Assembly: GCA_002104905.1 (NCBI GenBank)
Contig: MCFE01000086.1
Coordinates: forward strand, 1 to 64,000
Source: Basidiobolus meristosporus CBS 931.73
Lineage: Eukaryota > Fungi > Basidiobolomycota
DNA length: 64,000 nucleotides
Direction of reading: 5' to 3'
A program made the position numbers and the translations under genes. The notes beneath the pieces are model-generated. The model did not search any database. It saw nothing but the letters and a program-made list of their open reading frames with translations, and was not told the origin of the DNA. This document shows, piece by piece, positions 21,533-34,251 of the stretch (its first letter is position 1; each line of letters opens with the position of its first letter).

Positions 21533-22465
21533 ATGCACAGTAGCAACCAATCACAGCCAACCATTGTAATCGACACGCCTGAGGTCCAGCCTAGCAATGT
21601 GCAGAGCGAACATTTAGGAATCAAGGCTTACCTGCATGGGGAGTACTTTCCAGCGTGGGGAAGACTTCGCTCCACTTACCGCTGCTATTTGGCAGAGTTC
21701 TTTAGTACAGCCATACTGGTATTTCTTGGTCTCTCTGTGGTGACCCAAGTCCATGTAAACATGAAGGGTGCGGCTGGGTCCTGGTTGAGCATCAACATCG
21801 GGTTTGGGTTCGGCTTCAGCATCGCGATCTATGCCAATGCTGGAATCTCCGGCGCGCATCTTAACCCCGCACTTACCATAGCGCTGTGCCTACTCAAAGG
21901 ATTTCCCCTTCGTAAAGTGCCAGGGTATATCATCTCTCAGGTATTAGGTGCGTTCTGCGGTGCCGCGTTAGTCTATAGTGTGTTCTATCCAGCGATTGAT
22001 AATTTCGATGGAGGTACCAGGAGGGTGGTTGGTGATCTAGGCTCGGCCGGCTTTTTCGCAACCTATCCGCTGGCGTTCCTGGGCAATGGAAATGCGCTAT
22101 ATACCGAGATATTATCCACTGCGGTACTCGTGATGGCAATTTTTGCCGTGGAGGATATGAAGCGCCATAATCTGGTGGAGTTTGCACCTATTTTCCTTGG
22201 GCTTACGCTGATGGTAATCGGGATTAGTACCGGGTACCTGACTGGCTATGCGCTCAACCCTGCCCGCGACTTCGGCCCCCGGCTGTTCTTGCTGATTGCT
22301 GGCTGGGGCAAGGAAAGCTTCACCGCTTATAATTATTACTTCTGGGTGCCTATAGTCGGACCTATTCTGGGCGGTGTCTTGGGTGGAGCTATCTACACTT
22401 TTTTCATTCACTGTGGCCCACATCACAGAGATACCAAGAAAATGGCCCTCTCAGTTAGCTACTAA
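21533..22465 (+). CDS. Aquaglyceroporin (MIP family, GlpF-like), single exon, 310 aa
   Basis: Two NPA boxes, GISGAHLNPALT and GYALNPARDFGPRL (the D after the second NPAR is typical of glycerol facilitators). Six hydrophobic segments. Confidence 0.95.
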   Translation: MHSSNQSQPTIVIDTPEVQPSNVQSEHLGIKAYLHGEYFPAWGRLRSTYRCYLAEFFSTAILVFLGLSVVTQVHVNMKGAAGSWLSINIGFGFGFSIAIYANAGISGAHLNPALTIALCLLKGFPLRKVPGYIISQVLGAFCGAALVYSVFYPAIDNFDGGTRRVVGDLGSAGFFATYPLAFLGNGNALYTEILSTAVLVMAIFAVEDMKRHNLVEFAPIFLGLTLMVIGISTGYLTGYALNPARDFGPRLFLLIAGWGKESFTAYNYYFWVPIVGPILGGVLGGAIYTFFIHCGPHHRDTKKMALSVSY

Positions 22466-22934
22466 TTCTATCGTCATGGCCTCGTGCGCTGGCGACCATT
22501 CAAACTGTACACAAACTCTCTTAGACTAACGGTATACTCCTTCCGTCACCACTCGTCTGGATCCACATCTATACTTATCATTACCAACTGGTAGGCACGT
22601 GGATTATGCGCCACGTTGAAGTGTCTCTGCAATTACCTATATAGGAAATCTCTACTAAGATGTTTCATCTTTCCCAAATCTTCCCAAAGCTACTTGTGTA
22701 GAGATAAGAATTTTGAAATCTAATTAAACCCTGCGTATAACGTTTGTCATGGAGGGACCCATACTATCACATATATGAACAGGTCACCTCCCGCCGTTTC
22801 ACTGGAGGATCCAAATTGCGGTCGTTTGCAAGTCAGAGTGTCCCATTTATTGCTAGCAACCTACATTCGTTGACAGGATTGGATGGATATTGACGGTATT
22901 TTACACGGTTTTTGGGGTTGAGAAGGTAGGCGAG

Positions 22935-23305
22935 CTATTTATGCTCTTTCTTGATATGTTCGACGCTTTCTTTCTGTAGCTGCTCGGGTGGAATCTCGGG
23001 TGTACGATCAGCTTTGACCTAAAAATGCAAGGACCGGTCAGTGAGGGGAGGAGAGACGTATTGACTGAGTGCCCGGTACTTACACTGGCTTCAGAGTGGC
23101 TGGCCAATTTCTCATTCCATCCTGGATGATGCTTGTTGTTCTTGGTTTCCCCGCGTAGATTCTTCTGCTTCTCCCGTTCCAGAATCTCTGGATCATCATC
23201 TGACATGTTTGAAGAGAATCGTGCAGCGCAAAGTCGGGGTGTCAAGGTAGCCATGCGACCTCGGAGAAGTAGTGATGGGCGTGCTGCGCTGGTAATACTG
23301 AACAT
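22935..23305 (-). CDS. Small (101 aa) protein with a predicted mitochondrial presequence; exons 23305-23084 and 23018-22935
   Basis: Arg/Ser/Ala-rich N-terminus without acidic residues. The intron gtaagt...ttttag (23083-23019) joins PGWNEKLASHSEAS to VKADRTPEIPPEQLQKESVEHIKKEHK*. Confidence 0.8.
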
Positions 23306-24010
23306 GGTCGAGAGGGGAGTGGATGTGTCTTGATCTTACACTCGTATGTCTCGACCCTTTTATACACCGCCCGGCAGGCTATGCTGCTGTTGTTGTGGAT
23401 CATGAGATGACGTGACCCCTTTTGTTGGCCATTATCTGACCTCCTGTCATTTATGCTTCAGATGATCGTGCGCTTACCTATTCATATGTACATAAATATA
23501 TAACCACCATATGTAATCGTGGCATTTATTCGGTGCCACGTGATCCACGATGACAACATTGTTCGAAGTCTATGAATCCTGACTAAATAGCCACCTCGCG
23601 ATTTGGAGATGGGTGAACGGCGGGTAGGTAGGTAAATGTGACTGCGTCACACTATCCTTCGGGATCTGGCAAATCAGTGGGAGTATTTGGCGAATAAAAC
23701 AGCCCATCTTTGTGATCTCTGCCATCGAACATGCAGGAAGTCTCAGTCAACTGCTATTCATGCGCTGAGTACACCATGAAATATACGTAATGGATGGGCT
23801 TCCTATTTGCTCAAGAGAATCCCATCCAGCTTGCTTTGGAGTCCACCTCCCGGGCATATCAATAGAAATCTGGGGTTTATTGGTTCACGAGAAACATTCA
23901 GGACGGCCCCTTGATATCATAGGTTAACGTGTAATTGGTGGCCTGGAAGTATGAATTGATGTGCATGTTGGAGAATCTATTGCACAAGATGCAGTCGGCC
24001 TCAGAAGGTG

Positions 24011-27000
24011 CTAATAGTGTTTAGACTTGATGGCTGGTGCGTTAGAGGCCTGGTCAATACGAGCAGTCAGATTCAATATCATTTCCTCTAGGTTGGCGAT
24101 CCGTTGATCGTCATGCTTTTCTCTCTGTCGAAGGCACAGGGCACGATTTACCGGGAAAAAGCTGTAGTCGCTATCCTTGAGCATCTCTGCCACGTAGGAC
24201 TCCTGGGAGGTATATTCTGTGACGTCTTTAGTCTTCAGATGAACCAGGAAGAACAAATATTGCCATATGTTGTGGTCGTGCTTGATATGATGCTCGAATC
24301 CCTTGGCGTGTCTTTGAAATTCAGTAGCGCTGATGTTGCATATGAAGCAAACGCTCTTCATATCGTTCTGAATGGAGGATCTTTCATCTCTTAAACTACC
24401 AAATGTGTCGAAAATGATACCGAAGATCGCATTCAAAAGGAAGACGATCACAATAAGGAAGAACGAGAGATCCAGCACAATCCTATACGCGTACGAGTTG
24501 TCTCCGTGAACCGGTGCTTGGAGCACATCCCCAAGGCCACCGCCCGCTCGTATTCTAAGAGAAGATGGATCGCAAGGTCACTGACTGCTCAGCACAGAAA
24601 TACATTCGTGAATCAAGTAGTTACCCATATGCAAGTACGGTGATGAAGCAGTCGAATAGTGTGTCACAATAATACCCCTGTTCACTATCAAACGAATGAC
24701 GAAAGTAAACAAATCCCACCACTGAATATGCGTACACGATAATGACTCCAAGCAAAACCTAGCACACTACGATTAGAGAATGCCGTTTGCAGACCAGACC
24801 ATTGTAGGTCGGCTGTAGGTGAGGTGTTTGGAAGGAAGTTTGCTTTACCGTTTTCGTAAGTGAGTTGATGTTAACGGTTACGCTGGCGATAACCCCTTGG
24901 AGAATCTGGTCTCTGTAGATGAAATCAAGCAAATGGATAGAGTAGAGCATGGGGTATCGAAGACCGCATAGAGAAAGAATAACCATGAATACATGGTAAA
25001 GCGCCTTTAACTCCGTCACAGAGTATATGATCTTTTCGGCAATGTTCTGTGGAAGAAAGATAAGCATCATGCGGCATCAAAATCTTCACAGATTCTCACC
25101 CACCGATGGCGAGAGTGTCTCACTCTCCGACATAAGGACATTGAAGTAGCCAGCTGTACTATTGCGGTTGGGATCTAAGACCTCTTCGTCATTCATAAAA
25201 CTAGCTTCATGGGAGTGTAACTGTGCATCTTCTTTGGCCTTTTGTTTACGCAATTGGTTGGACTTCTCCAACCTTTTTCTATTGATGAGAATTGGTAGTT
25301 GAATCAGTAAGAACTCTCCACAAGACAATGTCCATAGAACCAGATGGGTTAATGCAAAAATGATCCGTAACGTCTCAGCTGACCAATGACACCCATCTTC
25401 CAACAAAAGCTCGGCGTTTCTGGTTCTGCCAGTAGCACGATCTTCGGGAGCGGTTGCGCAAATCAATCCTAATGCATTAATCAGAAGTGTCATCAGATAG
25501 GCCCCTTGCCACCACAGAGAATGGTACCCAGACAACTTTGAGAGGTAGTGGTTACGGGCAACTCTGGCCTGGCTCTCGATCTCATATATGATGTCTTCGG
25601 ATTTAGTAACAAAATCCTCGATCTTTGTATCTGCAGAGTCTCTCTTGACGTTCCATAAGAAATGCTCTTTGGTATCTTCTCGCAAGTATCTACAGATATC
25701 TGGGATTGGGAAGAGAACTGACGCCACCCTTTTATCACCTGGTGACAATTCGCGGATGATTTCGATTTGCCCAGTGTTTCGCTTGAAAAAGGTGAACGCA
25801 GGCTCACTTTGGAATCGATATTGTTGCTCTTTGGTTAAAGCTGGGAACAACGTCATGATTAGCATACAATACAGGAACCCAGAATCAATCGCAGACTGTT
25901 TTCCAGGCTTCCAAGTGGTACTTTTGCTTTGTTCAAACAAGTTGCGTAAGTTGCGGTTGACGGTATCCAAGTCGAGAGTGTTGGCCATCTCTCTGTAAAT
26001 GGATTTCGCTTCAATGTTGCCTCCCTCTAGCAAGCTTAGAAGACAGAGAATCGCCTTTCCCTTTAACTCGACGGCCTGCTCCGCTGGACATTGATGGAAC
26101 GGTTCGCGAAGTATTATATTGACAGACTGGACGATTTTGGCATTAAATATGCTCACTTGGTTGGGGATACATCCTTGGACCATTTCAATGATAGTGTCGA
26201 ACACCTGGGTGATCACTGGCATGGTTTGGGAGATCAGATTCTCGTCTTGAAGGATAGTGATGGGCACAATCGCATGCAGGTAATCCACCACCCCGGTGAC
26301 CAGGTTAAAACTTTTGATGTTATCTCCCTGAACACTGAAGTAGGTCTGGAGACTGTAATTGTGTCCCTCTACCATCAGCTGCAGTAGTCTCATGAGATGA
26401 CATATGGCCTCGAAGTCTTGAGCAGTGGTGCCAAGATCCGATTTGTCTTCTGGCTGAAGATATTTGGTGATCTTGTCTTCATCTTTTGCGTGCTCAAGGT
26501 TGAGGGTTATGATGGGAATATCGTCTGAATGGGAGAGTATTTGGTTCAAGAAATTCGACGTGCTAACCGAGAGTCCACTTTGGTGGCCTCGAAGTCGACG
26601 CCGAATCTTCGATGAGAGAGTTGAGGTTCGCTCCTTTTTTTTAGCATCCACGACAAGCAATTCCTTGGCCTTACGAAGGGAAAGGATTCCTTCTCTCAAC
26701 TTGTGATGGACGCAGTAAAAGAACCGCTCTACTCTGATATCAAGAAAATATAGTTAGCGAGGCCTTGCGTATCGACCGTACAATCCGTTTTTACCTTGAA
26801 CCGAGGAAATAATTCTCAAGTGTGTCCTACAGGAAGCGAGTGAATATGGTTTGCTATTGAATTAAGGCTTTTCCATCGTTACCTGCACTTTCTTATTGCC
26901 ACCGTCAAGTAGAGCATTCAGCAGCTTCATTGCACTGATGTAAATTTGCTGGCTATTGGAGGACAGGAGCTTTTCTGCCATCAGGGTGCAGCCAAGCCTG

Positions 27001-30000
27001 TTCAACTTGTTTTGGATGTCAACCTTTCGTTGCTGTAGACGAGCCCATTCTGAGGGATAGTCCAGATGCTTGATTCTTTCAATCTCGTCGGTGACGTTGG
27101 TGACCAGGTTTCTCAGAATCCTCATGGTGCGAATATCGTACAATTCCTTCCTGATATCCTCTACATCGTTCAGTCTTCCAGAGAGATATTCTACTAGGGA
27201 AACAATGGTGTACTCCCCGAGAGTTTGCGATTCCTCCAATGGAAAGTGAAGACTAAGCTGGCAGAATTCCTCTTTTTCCAGCTCTTCGATCCCGCTCGAT
27301 GTGATGATTCTGTTCAGAAATTCTTGGAAATTCTTGTTCAGCTTGCCCAATGAAGTGCCATCAAGGCTACTTCGTGGTGATTGAGAAACTTTCAGGGATG
27401 TGTAAAGCGCTTTCGTTGGGCTGTTCTTCAGATGTCCATGGAGGCTTGGTTCAACAACAAGGGTATCCAAACAATTAATCAAATGTTTTAGATGTTTTGA
27501 CGATCTTGGTGGAAACTCTGCCAACGATGTCACTTCATCTACAATGCGATTGCCCAATTCTCGTCGACCTTCGGCAATGTCGTATTGTGCGATAGGACTC
27601 TTTTGCGACGAGAAGTAAATATCAAACAGCAATCTCAAAAAGATGAGTACCGACTCATACACATATGCTGACTTGTTCTTGAAGTCTTCGACATCTTTTT
27701 GAGCACTGGGATTCCGAATATCACCATTAAACGATGCCAACAGATTGCATATCTTCTCCACGTAAACCCAGATCAGCGGGTTTTCCAGGATATATCCAGT
27801 ACTTGTTCTGGTCCATAAATATACAGCAATGAAAAATCGTAGGTAAGATCTCTCCACCATGAAGTTAAATTCCGGACTAGCCAAAACATCCAAGATTTGA
27901 GTGGCAGGTAGGATAGACTGGAATATGGACTGTAGACTATTTTCTCCTTCAGCACAAGTAGCCATTAACTCAATCAACGCTGCTTGGTAAAAGACGGGAG
28001 GTGGCTTGGAGATGCTATCATCCTGATTTCCTTCAAGGGTGATGTATTCGTCTTTCTTTTCAAGTAAAAGATCAGCGATATAGAGCTGGTTCCTTTTGAT
28101 GATTTTTCCAGAGACTTTGACCAACCCTCTGAGTAAACATAAGTATTCTCCGTGATATCCTTCCGAAAGCTCAAGTATGCGTCGCATATGATGCTCTTCC
28201 ACTCTCAAACACAAGTTGACGCTCTTCGAAAAAATGTCAATCAATGGGGCGGTCATTCGCTTATCATACGATACAAGTTCGAATAGAAGGTCAATGTTCT
28301 GTAGCAGAATGGTGCTATGTATCTCACGATCGTCACAGCTGCAGACCGAAAGAAAGGCGAGAGAAGCCAAAAACAAACCAAGGATGTCCTCGTTCAACCA
28401 CTCGACCTGTCGCTCGCCGTAGGTACATTTGTATAAATAATCTATCACGTATGTATGCATCTCCATATTGAACAGGATTCTTTGCACCATGGTGTTACTT
28501 TCTTGACAGGAAAGCTGCCTTTTCACCAGGTTGTCTTTGAAATCCACTACTGATTGGCCTCTACACAGATCCGTAAAATCGGTCAAGATTTCTTTCATTT
28601 TCCTAATACCGGTGCGCTCATGGGAGTGTTGCAAGGAAAGGGTAAGGAACATGGTTACCCTAGGCCTGATCCAGTAGTAAACTTGGATGTCGTAACTTTC
28701 TGTTAATATAAACGATCTTCGTGATTTCTCGAACAACTCTTCGTAGTCGCAATAAAGCCTGTGCATCACTACAATGGAGCCTTGCTTCAACCGCTGGTTT
28801 TGATATTTAATGAGATCCACCAGAATGGGCATAATATCCGTCTCCCGATTGATGTAGCGGGTCTCCATAAATATCCTCTTGATGATTATCTCAATAGCAG
28901 ACTCCCAGGTATTGTTGTGGCCAAAATTTTTGGAATCCAGCGTGTTCAGGCGTTGTTGATCCCTAGATGGAAACGGCAGTTAAGTCTCTTTTCTGGTCAC
29001 AAGAAATATGGTGAGGCGAACCTTTCATTTTTCAACCAGATATACAGGAACTTTCGAACTCGAATCTCTGTCCTTAGATTGAAAAGCAGCTCCAGGATAG
29101 AGCATATCTCGATTTTGATGTCAATGATCATCTTGTTCTTCTCCTTGTAATGAAACCGCTCGTCACTACACGGGATCTCATCGTTAAATCCCATCGATTG
29201 CGAGTCTAGCAGCTAATTCACAAATACCAGACTAACCTAGTGGTGGATTTCCCCGCGGCCCTTTTTGACTCCTCGATCAGTCCGTGTTCACTAGAAACAG
29301 AGTACGTGTGAGTGCTAATACAAGATGTGCTGAATAGAATGGCTTTGCTCAGTACTCGGAATCTGTACGGCCGTCCAAAAGAGTAGTCAGAGTGCGGATC
29401 ATAGATACGATTGCCGCATGCTCATGATAGAAGCCGAAAATTACAAGCGCGTGGATAAGTTTGAGGACCGAATATATCAGCGTATTGAGCTTCTCGTCCC
29501 GAGTCACCTAACGCAACAATGTGAGCTTCACTAGACCCGGAAAGCTGAGGGTTTGCAACTACCTTGGAATGAAGCACAAAAAACGATCGAAGCCACTGGG
29601 TCAGCTTCTTGATGCTATGGATATTTGCCAACGTTCCCTCCACTGAATAGTTCGACGAGTTGGTAATCTCAGACTCAATAAAAATGAGATCTTCAGAGAT
29701 TGGCGACATAGGATAAACGTCGACGTAGAGCACTAAATTACATGTTAGTTCAGAGCGAAATAGGCTTTGTAAAAACCGTCAAGCTGATACCTCGAATTAA
29801 ATCGCAGTATTGTGTTCTTATCTCGATGGGTAACTTCTCGTTAAACAAGCAGATGAGACATCTCTCTAGAGAAACCTTCAAGTACACCTCTGTTACTAGA
29901 CCCATGGAGTTTTCGTTTCTCCCCAGGCAAACTGCATTGGTAAACTTCAGCATGGCTTCGAAATACTGGGCTTGCAGAGGATTTCGTGCAAAATACTCAT

Positions 30001-32310
30001 GCATTTCGACGGAGCAATCGTCAGCATCGTTCATAATGAACACCTTGTCATTGCGATCTTCGACCTTGGCAATATGGAGTCTACTTAATATCTGGGAGGC
30101 GATGTAGTCCTGGTGCTGGCGAATTGGTGTGTTGTTGCACGAACAAAGAGTAATCAGGATATCCAGAATCATAGGCTTTTTCTCGGTGAGCACCATATTT
30201 ATGAAGAAATCAATTTGCTCTGGCGTGATCCTTTCGATTAACTCGCGATTTCCATGCAGCAGATGAATGATAACCTGGGCGACTTCGATATTATACTCGA
30301 TGTGCTTACACAACGTTGGGAGATAATCAAATACGTAGCGCTGATTCACCAAATGATCCCCTAGAAGAAACTGCGATATCAATCGGTAGGCAAGAAACAG
30401 CATTTCACTAAGCATAGGATCCTGATTCAACTTGGCCAAATCCACTTCAGCCTCCCCCTCAATTTCCTGAGTGTTCGTTCGAAGGCGGTCCCGAAGTTCC
30501 TTTCGGATCTTTAGTGAGAACGGGACCCGCAGCAGTAGTAAGATCTTAGACATAATGCCGCTTTCCCTGAGGATGTTCTGGTGAGCTATTACAGGATAAT
30601 TAGTCCGAAGTATTATGCTGCATTGGGTTGAATTCGATTTACCAACGATAGGTAAGCCAACTCGCTTGTTCGGATCCATCTCACCGGATTTAGAAGAGAA
30701 GTAAATCAGAGAAGTCTATGAAAGAAATACGTTACTACATTGTGCAGATGAGATACGCGATGCTCACTGAAATACCAATATCTTTTTGATCTTCTCATCC
30801 TCGTCCGCGTCAATGGGGAATGCTTTACGAGCTGTGGCGACTCGATATTTGACGAGAAAATGGTCGATATGAGGCGCCATGCTGTTAACAAAATTGAACG
30901 TTTCCCCAAGTGTACTGCCAACTCGAGTGATTGTGAAGCAATCATCGAAGCTTGTTTGGTTGGTCGCCATAACAGTAAAACCATCCATGGAGTCAGCGTG
31001 AATCAAGAGCGAGGACTGGCGTTGAAGTTGGTTGGCTGCCTTGCTGGAGTCCGGCGTTTCGATACCATGTAAATGGAGCCAAGTCTGGGTTTTCACATGT
31101 TTAAACTTGGTGTAGGATCCAGTAATGATGTTTGTATCATCGGACTCTAACGATTGTAACTCAAACAACGTATTGTCATCGCCAGGGTTTTGAGGCCCCA
31201 AAATGATCTTGTATAGGGTTTTCCCGGAAAGGTCATCGTGCGTTTTGGAATCAAGATCCACCTGCAGGTACAGTCGCGAGATTGGGCATTTGATTCGGCA
31301 CCGAGCTCCTCCTTTCAGCAAGCTACCATTGAAGGCCGTCTCCAGTGTGATTTGCCAAAATGTAAGAGAAGAGTCACTTTCTTGAGGATTCAACGGGTGG
31401 AAGATGTGAGGCCTAACGGTGACGTGATTAGTTCCGAGAAGATTCTGCAGATAACCTTCCTTCTCCTTGTGATAGAGTCGAACGAAATGGCCTCCTTTGA
31501 GTCGCCTGCTATTGAGCGTTTGGATTGGGCTAAAGCAGTGAACCTTCCAGCCAAACGAATTTAGCGAGTTGTATACCTCATGAAGTCTCGTTTTGAAAAC
31601 GTCGTGCGTGAACATGGACAATCCAGCCTTCAGATATCCCTCGGTTTTGATCGACTGCAGTATCACTACATGGGCTCTAAAATTAATTGCCGTATCAACT
31701 ATGAACATGAAGAACTGGCTTGTTCACCTGAATCGCCCAGCCGGACAGGTTCTCCTTCGCCGCGGATTCTGTGCTTAGGTAGAATGCGGAAAAAGTTCTT
31801 TCTGCTGGTCATATTCGATAAATCGACGATGAGCGTGGTCCCTTTGTTCGTGGTTGTCTGGTTGGTGTTGACTCGCAGGTACTTGTTGTGGTGTATGTTT
31901 CGGAGCTGAATAACCTGGCCATAGAGTAGAACTTTCCCATTGAGGCGCTGGCATTCAGCCTTGTTGTATTCGTTCTCGGATAAGGCGGCTTTTCTTAGCT
32001 TTTCCAACTGCTGGTTAGTTTCGTCGAGAGTCTCTTCTGAAGTCAGTACTTCACCAGGGGCTTCGTAGATCAGAGGGTTCTTAAGAGCGGTGAATATCTT
32101 TCGGAGGGTTTTATTTGCCTCATAGTTGCACTGGGGCTCCACCTTAAATACATATGCGTTGACATCTTGAGCACACTCATTTTGGCTAGCGTCATCTCTG
32201 AGGTAAGCGCGAGGCTGTATTGGTCCTTCGGCAAACAGCAAGCCGCCTATCTCTGAAGATAGCAAAATGTCATCCCCTATTCTAAGGAACTCTTCCACTT
32301 CCCTCTTCAT
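24011..32310 (-). CDS. ITPR: Inositol 1,4,5-trisphosphate receptor-family Ca2+ release channel, multi-exon, roughly 2,500 aa
   Basis: N-terminal suppressor-like MKREVEEFLRIGDD...LLYGQVIQLRNIHHNKYL; MIR-like region; RIH region (HQNILRE, NQRY); RIH-associated LLQLMVEGHN...SFNLV; pore CDTLFDCFITVLAYG|IRAGGGLGDVL; LNAIFGIIFDTFGSLR; C2H2 site CFIC...HIKHDHNIW; TEYTSQESYV. Internal exon boundaries were only partly resolved. Confidence 0.93.
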
Positions 32311-34251
32311 ACTGCTAACTAACAATATGAAAGTAATTCTCAACCACCATGAAGGCAAGCAATCTACTTTTTAAGCATTGAGACAGCTAAATGCTTCCAA
32401 ATTCAGAAACCCAGGTTGATTGCGGCCAATGAGGAGGGCTTGATTCATCCACCATTATACCCTATTATTTCCTTATTCTGACCTCAACTACCACAAAACA
32501 TGCATCTCATCCATTGAGCACCTGGCCAAGATGCCCTTGAGTACATTACCCTGGATATCCTTTCCAGCACGACGCTCAGCACCAGGGTTGGCCAGTGCTC
32601 ATGGGCTTGAGCACCCTGGCAAGCAAGCCCAACCTCTAAACACGCACTTTGACCCAGCCTCTCTCACAGAACAATACTTGAGCACATCGAAGAACCGTCT
32701 GATTGGTGACGTTACCACCAACACCCCTAAACGAGATCGCTTTGTCTCAAAATGGATGGGTATAGCATGATCCTTTCATGCTCTAGATATTTATCATTCA
32801 ACAGTACTGCTACACGAACAGGTTGTATGTGGATACTGACAGTCATTGGCCTCCGCTGATCGAGTTTCCATGCACCTGCATCATGTTGATTGCAGCCATG
32901 ACAATCAATAATTCCCATGCAGTTTACATATAAAGAAATGGAGGGCTTACGCAAGATATTCTATATTTAACTAGGCAATTCAGAGCGATATTTGTTTCCA
33001 AGTGGGCTAGAGATTGGGACAAACAAATGGCGCCTCGCTTCCTGAGTGCCCTCGCACAATTAGCCAGCACATATTCCAATTCTGGGACAAATTCGGCCTG
33101 ACAGTCACTTGGTGTCTATTCTCTGGCTGTGCACATGTAACCCCAGGTAGGTGGATATCGCTCACCGCTTATAGGACGATCCTTCAACTTGCATTCCAGA
33201 GTAAGATGGATGTATCTACGCCACCGTCAGATTGGGTTTTCCTCTCAGATCGCAAGTGGTGTAGCATAACCAATTGGACAGCATTAAGACACCGAGGGTT
33301 TTATGGCCATCCGTGTACCAATCTTGCTCATGGGCCCGTTTCTAGTTTAGATCATAGATATATGCTGGCTACTAATACCCCTCACTTTGGTTAGACCATT
33401 TGGAAGCCATGTTAATGATCTGGGGAGTTCCACAGGGAGACATGATGAATGACTTCGAGTACCTCTGTAGGTGAGGGGCCCAGGCTACAATCAATAGTGT
33501 GTGCTCACACCTGCCACTCAACCCTCCTCAGGCGCTCGTGTGCTACCCCATCCCACTTCTCATGCTATTTTTCCAGCAGAATGCTCGGGCAAGGGCCACT
33601 CAAACCAAGGATTGAATGCTGTGGTTAATGTGATGATGGGATGTCTATAAAGATATGGCACCCCACCGTTGTCGAATCTCTTGTGCCGTACTCAATGTAA
33701 ATCCTCTTTTCCACTTAATACTGGGGTTAAATAATGCTTGGTTTCTCAGATCCAATTCCGCCAGTAGTGCGCTATGACTATCTATGGCTACCTGGTCCAA
33801 CAGTGAAGATTGGTCGAGAAGTGCTGCGGAGCGCGAGTAAGATTGCAGGGACCATTCAGCACAGCGGAATGCCCTGCTTTCTGCCATATCTGCAAATAGG
33901 TCTTCACTAATATGGACGTCTGGCAAAATGGCAGACGGTAATTGGCTATCTCCTTGTATATTTAGACCCAGCACAGAATCGACGGAAAAATCCCGCGTCC
34001 ATTTACAAATGAAACACCACCCATCCATACTTGCAATTGGCAAGTATGCGGGGAACAAGAAACAAGCAACTGGAGTCCAAGGCGGAACCAATCACAGGCC
34101 TTGATTGCCAGCAACTGTAATTTATCCATTAGGATACTTGACCGATTCTACGTGGCACCAGATTTTTTTCCGCTCTGCCATCAATAAATTGACCGAAAAT
34201 TTCTCTTCGTTGTGTTTAGGCTTCTTCCAAAGATACCATCGACTCTATAGG

